Below, piece by piece: positions 1 through 8,851 of a DNA stretch of 64,000 bases (its first letter is position 1; every line of letters starts with the position of its first letter). The stretch covers positions 8,273 to 72,272 of the forward strand of contig NZ_CAJWCF010000006.1 in assembly GCF_913020055.1 (NCBI RefSeq). The letters run 5' to 3'. The DNA comes from an uncultured Paraglaciecola sp. GTDB lineage: Bacteria; Pseudomonadota; Gammaproteobacteria; Enterobacterales; Alteromonadaceae. The notes beneath the pieces are model-generated. The model made no database searches. It was not told where the DNA came from and saw only the letters and a list, made by a program, of their open reading frames with translations. Both the position numbers and the translations under genes were made by a program.

Positions 1-2259
1 AAAGAAACTTGCGCCTACTTGGCTGGCGATACTAGATAAATTCAGACCTAAGTCATAAGCCACAGGCAATAATTCAATTTGAATTTCTTTACTGGCAGGA
101 TCGATAGTCGAACTGATATCAAATAAGCCTTTTTGCTGCTGCAACATAGATATAAATTCCCGTCCGGCAGCATTCAGCATATTAATATCGGCGCCAAACA
201 ACATAAAGCCAAATTCGCCGCCATCGTTTCCGCCGCCCATCAAATCGTCTTGAATAGTAATAGATTTGAGGCCAGGAATAATTGGCAACTCTTCGCGCCA
301 TCGTCTGGCTAACTCAAAAGCATCAAAATGACGTTTTTCTTCGTCTACCAAGGGAACCACAATTCGTCCGTCGGTACGACCGGTATTAAACACCATAATG
401 TCTTTCATCATGCTGCTACCGTATTCTTCAATAATCTTTTTATCTACCGCTAAAATTGTAGACTCAATGGTTTTAAGCGCATCTATGGTAGACATATCCG
501 ACACATTCTCATTCATCGAAATATTGATGCCTGGAAAGTCATGGGGCACTTTGGGAGAGGGGATCATGCGTACCTGATTGCCTTGGATCAAACCAATGCT
601 AATTAACAGCATTGCAATAAAGGCAGTCAATACTAACCAGCGCCACTCAATGCAGCGACTGATGAAGTTTTTGTATGGGCCATTAACAAAACTAAAAAAT
701 CCTTTGTTAAAACGTGCACGCCAGCTACTTTCTTTGATTGGAGTGAATTTCATGTGCGCCAGATGAGCAGGCAAGATTAACTTTGATTCAATTAAGCTAA
801 ATATTAAACACAAAATCACTACAGCGGAGATATTGACGAAAAATGCGCCCTCTGGGCCGGTTGAAAACAGTGTTGGAGCAAATACCGCAATGGTAGTTAA
901 TACGCCAAAAGTCGCAGGTGTTGCTACACGCTTGGCACCGCGGACTACGCTTTCCACTCCGCCACCTTTTTCCTCTATCTCAGAGTAAGCGCTTTCGCCT
1001 ATGACAATGGCATCGTCCACCACAATTCCCAACACCATAATGAAGGCGAATAAAGATAATATATTAATGGTGATACCAAACACTGGCATCATCATCATTG
1101 CCCCCAAGAAACAAACAGGCAAACCAACCATTACCCAAAATGCCAATCTAAATCTTAAGAATATAGTCAGTAGCAAGGCCACTAAAAAAGCCCCTTGAAA
1201 CAGGTTTTTTAACATCATATCTAGGCGACCGTTCAGGTAAAAGGTCATGTCGACTAAGGTTTTAATTTGCAAACCTGTTGGCAGGGTTTTATTACGTTGT
1301 TCTATATAGGCTTTGACAGATTCAGCTACTGGTACGGTGTTTTGATCTTTGGTGGCTTTTACCGATAAAAATATCGCATTTTCACCTGAGTATTTGAAAT
1401 AACGCTCACCCTCGGTAAAGCCGTCATGTATTTTAGCCACGTCTTCGAGCAATACTTTGGCACCATTTGCCCCAATTTTAATTGGAATACGTCTAAATTC
1501 GTCACCTTTGTAGAGTTGATTTTCAACCCGTACTGCAATAATGCCTGAATCTGTGCGTAACTGGCCGGCTGAAATATTAGCCGAATAACTTCTTATAGCT
1601 AGAGTCACATCTGCAATGGTTAAGTTATATTTACGTAAGGTTTCAGGGTTGATTTCAATCGCAATTTCATCTTGTGGTGCATCAAGCGACACCAGCGACA
1701 CGTTATTAAGTTGTAAAAGTTCGTCTTCAATTTGTTTGGCTATGGGTTTTAGATCGCTAAGAGGCAAGTCACCTACAAGTGACATTTCAATCACATCTTG
1801 CCTAAACTCGATTTGCGAGATGGTTGGAGGCTCCATATCAGCAGGAAAGGTAGCAATGCTGTCTACCCTCGCTTTGACTTTGTCGAGTACTCCGGTGAGT
1901 TCTTTATCTTTATGGATTTCTAAGGTAATCCGGCCATTGCCTCGAAACGCTCGAGAGGTGGCTTTTTTAATCTCGGTGATATCTTTAATCGATTCTTCAA
2001 TTTTGATTAAGATGCTTTCTTCAATTTCTTGTGGTGATGCACCGCGATATACAGCACTAACATTGATATAGTTAATTTCAATGTTAGGAAACATTTGCCG
2101 TTGAATCGTAAAATAACTAAAAAGGCCCATTATGATGATAAACATCATCATTAAGTTAGCCACTACCGAGTTATTCGCAAAAAACGCAATAATACCAGTT
2201 TGCTTAGGCTCGGCGATCTGTGATTCAGTCGCTGGACTGTCTGTATTTTCAGTAGACAT
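1..2259 (-). CDS. RND efflux transporter permease subunit (AcrB/AcrD/AcrF family); 3' end runs off the window
   Basis: Hand translation from ATG at 2259: MSTENTDSP...GIIAFFANNSVVANLMMMFIIIMGL...LFAFIMVLGIVVDDAIVIGES (TM4 proton-relay DD motif). The frame is open to position 1. Absent from the ORF track because no stop lies inside the window. Confidence 0.93.
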   Translation of the reverse strand, partial: MSTENTDSPATESQIAEPKQTGIIAFFANNSVVANLMMMFIIIMGLFSYFTIQRQMFPNIEINYINVSAVYRGASPQEIEESILIKIEESIKDITEIKKATSRAFRGNGRITLEIHKDKELTGVLDKVKARVDSIATFPADMEPPTISQIEFRQDVIEMSLVGDLPLSDLKPIAKQIEDELLQLNNVSLVSLDAPQDEIAIEINPETLRKYNLTIADVTLAIRSYSANISAGQLRTDSGIIAVRVENQLYKGDEFRRIPIKIGANGAKVLLEDVAKIHDGFTEGERYFKYSGENAIFLSVKATKDQNTVPVAESVKAYIEQRNKTLPTGLQIKTLVDMTFYLNGRLDMMLKNLFQGAFLVALLLTIFLRFRLAFWVMVGLPVCFLGAMMMMPVFGITINILSLFAFIMVLGIVVDDAIVIGESAYSEIEEKGGGVESVVRGAKRVATPATFGVLTTIAVFAPTLFSTGPEGAFFVNISAVVILCLIFSLIESKLILPAHLAHMKFTPIKESSWRARFNKGFFSFVNGPYKNFISRCIEWRWLVLTAFIAMLLISIGLIQGNQVRMIPSPKVPHDFPGINISMNENVSDMSTIDALKTIESTILAVDKKIIEEYGSSMMKDIMVFNTGRTDGRIVVPLVDEEKRHFDAFELARRWREELPIIPGLKSITIQDDLMGGGNDGGEFGFMLFGADINMLNAAGREFISMLQQQKGLFDISSTIDPASKEIQIELLPVAYDLGLNLSSIASQVGASFF

Positions 2260-2269
2260 AATGGTGTCC

Positions 2270-3418
2270 TTATAGTGATTTATTAACGACTAAATCTTCT
2301 TGCGGCTTGGCAACTTTAACCTTCATGCCTTTCTGCGGATATTCAGGCAGAGTAGTCACTAACGTATCTTGGTTTTGCAAACCTTCGCTGATCAAAAAAT
2401 ATGCGCCTTCTTCCCGCAAGATTTCAACTCGTTGAGGTTGCATCTGTTGTTCATCGTCTAACAACCAAATAATTCGATTGTTGACTAATTCTTGGGGTAA
2501 ACGATACACATTATTAAGAGTTTTTCCGGCGAATCCTACTTCTACATAATGGCCAAATTTAAGCGGAGGTAGAGATGATTTTAAGCTGTAAGGGTCTTCG
2601 ATTCTGACAATTAGCTGACTCATGCGTGTACTTTGGTCAATAATGCCTAAATCACGGACAACCTTGCCTTCGCGATTAATCGGGTTATAACCTTTGGTAC
2701 TAATAGTGGCTACTTGTTGGGTAATATCACTGGGTAAAAATTCTCTGTCAAAGCCTGCAATGGGGAAAGATACTTCTGCAGATTCAATGTTATACAGCTC
2801 ACCTACTTGAGCTCCTTTATTAACGTATTGTCCAACGCCTAAATCACGGCTAACTACCAAAGCATCGTATGGTGCTTTTATCACGCCATTATCTAAATCT
2901 CGTTGGGCTATTTTTAATCTAGCTTGAGCTGATTTTACTGATGCTTGGGCGCTTAACATCTGTGGTTTACGTAAATATAAGTCAGATACTTTGCTGCCCT
3001 TTGCTTCACGTTCAGCTACTTCTGCTCTGGCCTGTTCTTCAATTAGGTTGGCTTTAGCTAAACTAAGGTCAGCTTCGGCTTGTAAAAAGGCGGCTTCGTA
3101 AGTGACTAGCTCAATAGTAAACAAGGTGTCGCCACGTAAAACTAAACCACCGGGCACGAAGTTAGGATGCCAGCTAAGTACTTCGCCTGATATTTGAGCA
3201 GAAACCATAGTACTTTCAAGAGGTTTAACCTCACCATAGCTAGTGATTCTAACTTGGTAATCTTCAGCTATGGCTGTTTCAATTTTTACCGTGGGGCGAG
3301 TGTCTACCGGTTTTTTCTCTTCGTCTTCTTCACCTGAAGCCTTAATTGCAGTCATGCCGCCGAAACCAATAGCCAGTATCACTACGGGAAATATTCCTTT
3401 AAACCATTTGTTCTTCAT
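2270..3418 (-). CDS. RND efflux periplasmic adaptor (membrane fusion protein)
   Basis: 382 aa with N-terminal anchor, lipoyl/helical-hairpin motifs (VSAQISGEV, IKAPYDALV); directly upstream of the RND permease. Confidence 0.92.
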   Translation of the reverse strand: MKNKWFKGIFPVVILAIGFGGMTAIKASGEEDEEKKPVDTRPTVKIETAIAEDYQVRITSYGEVKPLESTMVSAQISGEVLSWHPNFVPGGLVLRGDTLFTIELVTYEAAFLQAEADLSLAKANLIEEQARAEVAEREAKGSKVSDLYLRKPQMLSAQASVKSAQARLKIAQRDLDNGVIKAPYDALVVSRDLGVGQYVNKGAQVGELYNIESAEVSFPIAGFDREFLPSDITQQVATISTKGYNPINREGKVVRDLGIIDQSTRMSQLIVRIEDPYSLKSSLPPLKFGHYVEVGFAGKTLNNVYRLPQELVNNRIIWLLDDEQQMQPQRVEILREEGAYFLISEGLQNQDTLVTTLPEYPQKGMKVKVAKPQEDLVVNKSL

Positions 3419-3610
3419 TTCATTTTGCCCTCACCACAATTTTTCATTGCTATATAGTAACTTAGGACAACAAAGATACATAAGTTCATTTGTAAAAATA
3501 TGTGACTTTTAAATTCCTATGGTTAATTAAAAGATCTGCAAACTCTAGTGTAAATAAATGCCGAATTAACTATAGTGAACTCCATTCAATTATCAGCAAT
3601 GAATAAACTT

Positions 3611-4471
3611 ATGAAACGTTGTGCATTTTTATCCATGGACAGTCTTGAAGACTTTTTTTCATATGACCAAATGTTATTTGAACCGTTAAAAACAGTGGGC
3701 TGGTTAGCCGAAGAGGTGTCTTGGCGAAAGCCTGATGTTGATTGGAATAATTATGATGCTGTAGTCATCCGCACTACTTGGGATTATCAGGATGATGTAG
3801 AAGGATTTATGGCCTGTTTACAACGTATTGAGGCGTCTTCTGCTCAACTGCAAAATAGTTTGAAAATCGTCGAGTGGAATATCAGTAAAAGCTACTTAAA
3901 GGATTTGCAAAACCAAGGCATCAACATTGTGCCTACTCTTTGGTTTGATTCTTTTTCGTTAAGTGAAATTCAAGCCGGTTTTGACTATTTTGACTCGCCA
4001 CAATTAGTCATCAAACCTTTAATAAGCGCTAACGCTGATCATACTTATAGATTGACCCCAGAAAGTCTTGTGCAACAAGCCGATGACCTAAAAGCTATTT
4101 TTGCTAGCCGTGAATTTATGCTGCAGCCATTTTTAAATGGGATTGTTGATGAAGGTGAGTATTCACTGTTTTATTTTGCAGGGCATTACAGCCATAGTAT
4201 TTTAAAGCAACCTGAATCAGGTGATTTTAGAGTGCAGGAAGAGCACGGCGGAAGACTCAGTTCTATTCAGCCCTGCGAAGATATGTTAACTACAGCAAGA
4301 CACAGCTTAGCGGCATTACCAGAAGACGTACTGTATGCGCGGATAGACTTAGTACGACACAAAAAAGAGTTTGTGGTCATCGAAATAGAGCTAATAGAAC
4401 CTTCGTTGTATTTCAATATGGACGCCGACTCGCCACAACGATTTGTCGATGCATTTATTGAAATGTTATGA
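3611..4471 (+). CDS. ATP-grasp ligase (RimK/glutathione-synthetase-like, DcsG-like subfamily)
   Basis: VDWNNYDAVVIRTTWDY, VIKPLISANA, LQPFL...GEYSL, YARIDLV...IEIELIEPSLYF. Start placed at ATG 3611 (ORF track begins at 3575). Confidence 0.8.
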   Translation: MKRCAFLSMDSLEDFFSYDQMLFEPLKTVGWLAEEVSWRKPDVDWNNYDAVVIRTTWDYQDDVEGFMACLQRIEASSAQLQNSLKIVEWNISKSYLKDLQNQGINIVPTLWFDSFSLSEIQAGFDYFDSPQLVIKPLISANADHTYRLTPESLVQQADDLKAIFASREFMLQPFLNGIVDEGEYSLFYFAGHYSHSILKQPESGDFRVQEEHGGRLSSIQPCEDMLTTARHSLAALPEDVLYARIDLVRHKKEFVVIEIELIEPSLYFNMDADSPQRFVDAFIEML

Positions 4472-4504
4472 GTATCTATCAATAAAAAACAATCTGTTAC
4501 GGCA

Positions 4505-4530
4505 ATGAACATGTTATGTTTTTGCTCATT
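4505..4530. promoter_or_regulatory. Imperfect palindrome upstream of the ABC operon, possible repressor operator
   Basis: AATGAACA-N10-TGCTCATT, about 25 bp before the start codon. The right half resembles an E. coli GlpR operator half-site (GCTCATT); weak match overall. Confidence 0.25.
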
Positions 4531-4553
4531 CAAATGAAGTGGTGGGGTATCTG

Positions 4554-5666
4554 TTGGCGTTAGAATTACAAGATGTTAGTTTGCTAATGGAACAGCAAAC
4601 CTACCTGAATAATATTTCACTTACATTTGAAGCTGGTTCTTTCAACGTGTTGTTAGGCCGGACATTGGCGGGCAAAACATCGCTACTTCGAGTACTCGCC
4701 GGTTTAGACAAACCTAGTAGTGGAAAGGTTGTTTACAACGGGCAAGATGTAACTGGCTTCGCAGTGCAAAAACGGGGCCTGTCTATGGTCTATCAACAGT
4801 TTATTAATTACCCCCACTTAACCGTTTGGGAAAACATTGCTTCTCCGTTAAAACTGGCTAAAGTCTCTGCCGATGAAATTACAAAACGGGTCAAACAAAC
4901 AGCTGAAATGTTGCATATTGGCGAGTATCTGCAACGATTACCTTTAGAGCTGTCGGGAGGTCAACAACAACGTTGCGCCATGGCCAGAGCATTAGTTAAA
5001 GACGCTGGCATAGTCTTATTCGACGAACCTCTGGTGAATTTGGACTACAAACTCCGAGAAGAGTTACGCAGCGAATTAAAAGCCTTGTTCAAAACCCGAG
5101 AAACCATTGCTATTTATGCTACCACCGAGGCCCATGAAGCCTTAGCCTTAGGTGGCACAACGACTTTACTCCATCAAGGTAACGTTTTACAGACTGGCTC
5201 AGCCAAACAACAGTTTGCTAAACCGATAAACTTAGATGCGGCTGATTTATATAATGAACCCCCTTTAAACGTTTTTTCTGCCAGTGTTACCAATGGCGTT
5301 ATGCAACTTCAACAGCCTATTAGTTTGGCCAGTGCCGATCATCTAGCAGATTTGCCAAACGGTGAGTATCAGTTTGCTATCCGACCGAATCATATTTCTT
5401 TGCAATCTAACGATCTGACTTCAATTGTCTTAGCATCGAAGGTGGATTTAGCAGAAATCAGCGCTTCTGAAACCTATTTGCATGTTGAAACCAGTGTGGA
5501 TTCAGCTCAAAAAGGTTTGAATTGGATTGTGCACATATTGTCTATTATGAGCTTTAGGACGGGCAGTGAACTTGAGATCTTTTTACCTTTGGAAGATCTG
5601 TTTGTATTTGATCTAAACGGTAAAGCACTACGTTGGCCTGACACTCATATTGAGCGAGAATTGTAA
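4554..5666 (+). CDS. ABC transporter ATP-binding subunit 1 (GlpS-like, glycerol-type importer)
   Basis: Walker A GRTLAGKT, signature LSGGQQQR, Walker B VLFDEP, H-loop replaced by ATTEA. Probable TTG start at 4554 after a GGTGGGG RBS. Confidence 0.88.
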   Translation: MALELQDVSLLMEQQTYLNNISLTFEAGSFNVLLGRTLAGKTSLLRVLAGLDKPSSGKVVYNGQDVTGFAVQKRGLSMVYQQFINYPHLTVWENIASPLKLAKVSADEITKRVKQTAEMLHIGEYLQRLPLELSGGQQQRCAMARALVKDAGIVLFDEPLVNLDYKLREELRSELKALFKTRETIAIYATTEAHEALALGGTTTLLHQGNVLQTGSAKQQFAKPINLDAADLYNEPPLNVFSASVTNGVMQLQQPISLASADHLADLPNGEYQFAIRPNHISLQSNDLTSIVLASKVDLAEISASETYLHVETSVDSAQKGLNWIVHILSIMSFRTGSELEIFLPLEDLFVFDLNGKALRWPDTHIEREL

Positions 5667-6802
5667 TGGCCACTATTACCCTAAAAGGTCTAGCGCATAG
5701 TTACCTAACTAATCCTACAAAATCGCAGGACTATGCAATTCAAGCGTTAGACCATGTGTGGAAACAAGGTGGTGCTTATGCATTGTTAGGACCTTCTGGA
5801 TGCGGAAAGTCTACTCTGTTGAATATTATTTCGGGTTTAATTAATCCGTCTGAGGGAGAGGTGTTATTTGATGAGCAAGTAGTGAACTCTTTCAGCCCAG
5901 AGCAGCGCAATATCGCGCAGGTATTCCAATTTCCTGTGGTATACGATGCTATGACAGTGGCAGAGAATTTGGCCTTCCCTCTTAAAAATATCAAGCTGCC
6001 CAAAGCACAAATAAAAGACAAAGTAGCCGAAATAGCAGACCTACTTGAGTTAACCGATTCTCTCAATAAAAAAGCCAAAAACCTAAGTGCAGATCAGAAA
6101 CAAAAAGTATCCATGGCCCGTGGCTTAGTGCGCGAAGATGTATCAGCCATCTTGTTTGACGAACCCCTCACAGTGATTGACCCCAACCTTAAGTGGAAAC
6201 TCAGGCGCAAGCTTAAACAAATCCACGAGCAGTTGAATATCACTATGTTGTACGTGACCCACGATCAGCTTGAAGCGGCCACTTTTGCGGATGAAATAGC
6301 CTTAATGTATCAAGGTAAAATTGTGCAGTTTGGTACACCTCAAGAGTTATTTGAACGACCTAATCACACCTTTGTGGGATATTTTATTGGTAGTCCAGGC
6401 ATGAACTTTATTCCGATTACAAAAAGCCAAGCAGGTGTGTATTACAAAGATATGCAACTTAACATTAGCCAACAACAGCAAGTCGCTTTGCAGAACACTA
6501 GTTCACAAAATCTAAAGTTGGGTATCCGTCCAGAGTTTGTTGAATTAAGTGCAAGACCAGAGAGTAATAGTTTTGCTGTGAGTGTTTTATCAGTGCAGCA
6601 TTTAGGCAGCTATCAACTGGTGGTTATCGACTTTAATGGCTTAGAAATGCAGGTTCGCGTGGCTGAAAAAATGCAGTTTAGTGGTGCACAAGTGCACTTG
6701 GTTTTCCCGAGTAAATGGTTAAAGTTGTATGTGGATGAATATTTAGTGGGTGAGCCGGCAATGGATGACGGGGGCCAAAGTATGGAAAAGAACCATGAAT
6801 AA
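5666..6802 (+). CDS. ABC transporter ATP-binding subunit 2 (rhizobial GlpT-like)
   Basis: GPSGCGKST, degenerate signature LSADQKQK, ILFDEP, VTHDQ, C-terminal TOBE-like region; TAATG stop/start coupling with the upstream gene. Confidence 0.9.
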   Translation: MATITLKGLAHSYLTNPTKSQDYAIQALDHVWKQGGAYALLGPSGCGKSTLLNIISGLINPSEGEVLFDEQVVNSFSPEQRNIAQVFQFPVVYDAMTVAENLAFPLKNIKLPKAQIKDKVAEIADLLELTDSLNKKAKNLSADQKQKVSMARGLVREDVSAILFDEPLTVIDPNLKWKLRRKLKQIHEQLNITMLYVTHDQLEAATFADEIALMYQGKIVQFGTPQELFERPNHTFVGYFIGSPGMNFIPITKSQAGVYYKDMQLNISQQQQVALQNTSSQNLKLGIRPEFVELSARPESNSFAVSVLSVQHLGSYQLVVIDFNGLEMQVRVAEKMQFSGAQVHLVFPSKWLKLYVDEYLVGEPAMDDGGQSMEKNHE

Positions 6803-7682
6803 GATACCCAACAACAAAGCATGGTGGTTAGTGTTGCCAATGTTTTTGCTGGTGGCATTTTCAGCCATTATTCCGTTGATGACAGTGGTGAACTATTCAC
6901 TACAAGATATTTTTGACCAAAATACTGCCTATTTTGTTGGAGTGGAGTGGTATCAAGAAGTATTAAGAGATACGCGCTTGCACGATTCTTTACTGCGTCA
7001 GTTTGGCTTTTCACTTTCGGTTCTATTAATAGAAATACCCTTAGGGATCGCAGTGGCATTAATGATGCCCACCCGCGGTTGGCAGGCGTCAGCGGTACTT
7101 ATCTTATTGGCCTTGCCGTTACTTATTCCTTGGAATGTAGTGGGTACCATTTGGCAAGTATTTGCCAGAGGCGATATTGGATTATTTGGTTGGACATTGA
7201 ACAATCTTGGCGTCGACTATAACTACACCTCCAATTCGCTTGATGCATGGTTGACTGTATTACTGATGGATGTGTGGCATTGGACCTCGTTGGTTGCCTT
7301 ATTATGTTATTCCGGCTTGCGGGCTATTCCTGATGCCTATTATCAAGCGGCTAAAATAGATCGTGCCTCACCTTGGGCAGTATTTCGGTATATCCAGTTA
7401 CCACGCTTAAAGAATGTGTTGGTGATAGGCGTGTTGCTGCGCTTTATGGACAGTTTTATGATTTACACCGAACCCTTTGTGTTAACTGGCGGCGGCCCAG
7501 GCACCTCTACCACCTTCTTGAGCCAAACCCTGACCCAAATGGCCATTGGGCAGTTTGACATTGGCCCAGCTGCAGCATTTTCTCTGGTGTATTTCTTAAT
7601 TGTGTTGCTGGTGTCTTGGGTGTTTTTTACCACAATTACACATATGGAAAAGTCTGATAATGGCAACAAACATGATAAGTAA
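6795..7682 (+). CDS. Carbohydrate ABC transporter permease 1
   Basis: Six hydrophobic segments and EAA-loop variant AIPDAYYQAAKIDRAS. Start MNKIPNNKAWW at 6795. Confidence 0.9.
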   Translation: MNKIPNNKAWWLVLPMFLLVAFSAIIPLMTVVNYSLQDIFDQNTAYFVGVEWYQEVLRDTRLHDSLLRQFGFSLSVLLIEIPLGIAVALMMPTRGWQASAVLILLALPLLIPWNVVGTIWQVFARGDIGLFGWTLNNLGVDYNYTSNSLDAWLTVLLMDVWHWTSLVALLCYSGLRAIPDAYYQAAKIDRASPWAVFRYIQLPRLKNVLVIGVLLRFMDSFMIYTEPFVLTGGGPGTSTTFLSQTLTQMAIGQFDIGPAAAFSLVYFLIVLLVSWVFFTTITHMEKSDNGNKHDK

Positions 7683-8472
7683 ACGCAACTTGGGCATGTT
7701 CATGTATCTCATATTTGTGTTGTTACCTATCTATTGGTTGCTAAATATGTCGTTTAAAACCAATGATGAAATCTTAGGGCAGTTAACATTATGGCCAACA
7801 GACTTTACGCTTAATAATTACATCACCATCTTTACTGATGCGAGTTGGTATATGGGATATGTGAATTCTATGACCTATGTTGCCATGAATTTGGTGATCA
7901 CCTTGCTGGTTTCGCTACCCGCAGCGTATGCTTTTAGTCGTTATAAATTTGTGGGTGATAAACATTTGTTTTTTTGGTTGTTGAGTAACCGTATGGCACC
8001 GCCAGCGGTGTTTTTGTTACCGTTTTTTCAGTTGTATTCTTCAGTTGGGCTATTCGATACACATCTGGCCGTAGCGTTAGCTCACTGTTTGTTCACAGTT
8101 CCATTGGCAGTGTGGATTTTAGAAGGTTTTATGTCTGGGGTACCAAAAGAAATAGACGAGACTGCTTATATTGACGGTTATAGTTTTGGCCACTTTTTTA
8201 TCAAAATTTTCATCCCGATGATAAGCTCTGGGATCGGTGTCACCGCCTTTTTTACTTTTATGTTTTCTTGGGTTGAACTACTGTTGGCGCGCACGTTAAC
8301 CTCTGTTGATGCAAAACCGATTTCCGCCATAATGACGCGCACCGTGGGGGCGACCGGAATAGATTGGGGGGTATTGGCGGCCGCGGGTGTGTTAACTATT
8401 ATTCCAGGTATATTAGTTGTTTGGTTTGTGCGTAACCATGTTGCTAAAGGTTTTGCCTTGGGGCGGGTATGA
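7660..8472 (+). CDS. Carbohydrate ABC transporter permease 2
   Basis: EAA loop GVPKEIDETAYIDG and multiple TM segments. Start at ATG 7660 or 7672. Confidence 0.9.
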   Translation: MATNMISKRNLGMFMYLIFVLLPIYWLLNMSFKTNDEILGQLTLWPTDFTLNNYITIFTDASWYMGYVNSMTYVAMNLVITLLVSLPAAYAFSRYKFVGDKHLFFWLLSNRMAPPAVFLLPFFQLYSSVGLFDTHLAVALAHCLFTVPLAVWILEGFMSGVPKEIDETAYIDGYSFGHFFIKIFIPMISSGIGVTAFFTFMFSWVELLLARTLTSVDAKPISAIMTRTVGATGIDWGVLAAAGVLTIIPGILVVWFVRNHVAKGFALGRV

Positions 8473-8500
8473 CCACTGATCTAAGCTGGAGTGAAAAAAC

Positions 8501-8776
8501 ATGTTGAATTGGATGGCGTGGACCATGCCAAGTGGTTTGTTCTTTATTGGCATTGCGAGCATTTTGTTGGTGATGACTATTTTCGAAATTCGTAAGCCGT
8601 GTGTTGAGCGTAAAGGTTGGTTACCCATTCCTACTACGCGCGGGGATAGGCTTTTTATTGGCTTATTAAGCAGTGCATTTATACATTTATCGTTTTTGGG
8701 ATTATCAGATTTGTCGTTGTGGATAGCTTTAGCTATGTCGGCGTTACTGATGTTAATACTGCTGCGTTGGGGGTGA
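8501..8776 (+). CDS. Small integral membrane protein (DUF2160 / GlpU-like)
   Basis: 91 aa with WMAWT and TTRGDRLFIGLL motifs typical of DUF2160, between the permeases and the binding protein. Confidence 0.82.
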   Translation: MLNWMAWTMPSGLFFIGIASILLVMTIFEIRKPCVERKGWLPIPTTRGDRLFIGLLSSAFIHLSFLGLSDLSLWIALAMSALLMLILLRWG

Positions 8777-8851
8777 TCTTCATCGTTGTTGTCTATTCAA
8801 GCTAATTATTACCAGTCACTTGGTAAAGCGTCAAAAAATCTAGAGGGTTGT

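Noticed and set aside
578-2071. Plus-strand ORFs at 578, 1001 and 1616
   Set aside because: Antisense shadows of the RND permease on the minus strand; the same applies to most short overlapping ORFs in the track.
1-3418. RND pair without an outer-membrane factor
   Set aside because: Common; TolC-type channels are usually encoded elsewhere, and the operon continues beyond the window.
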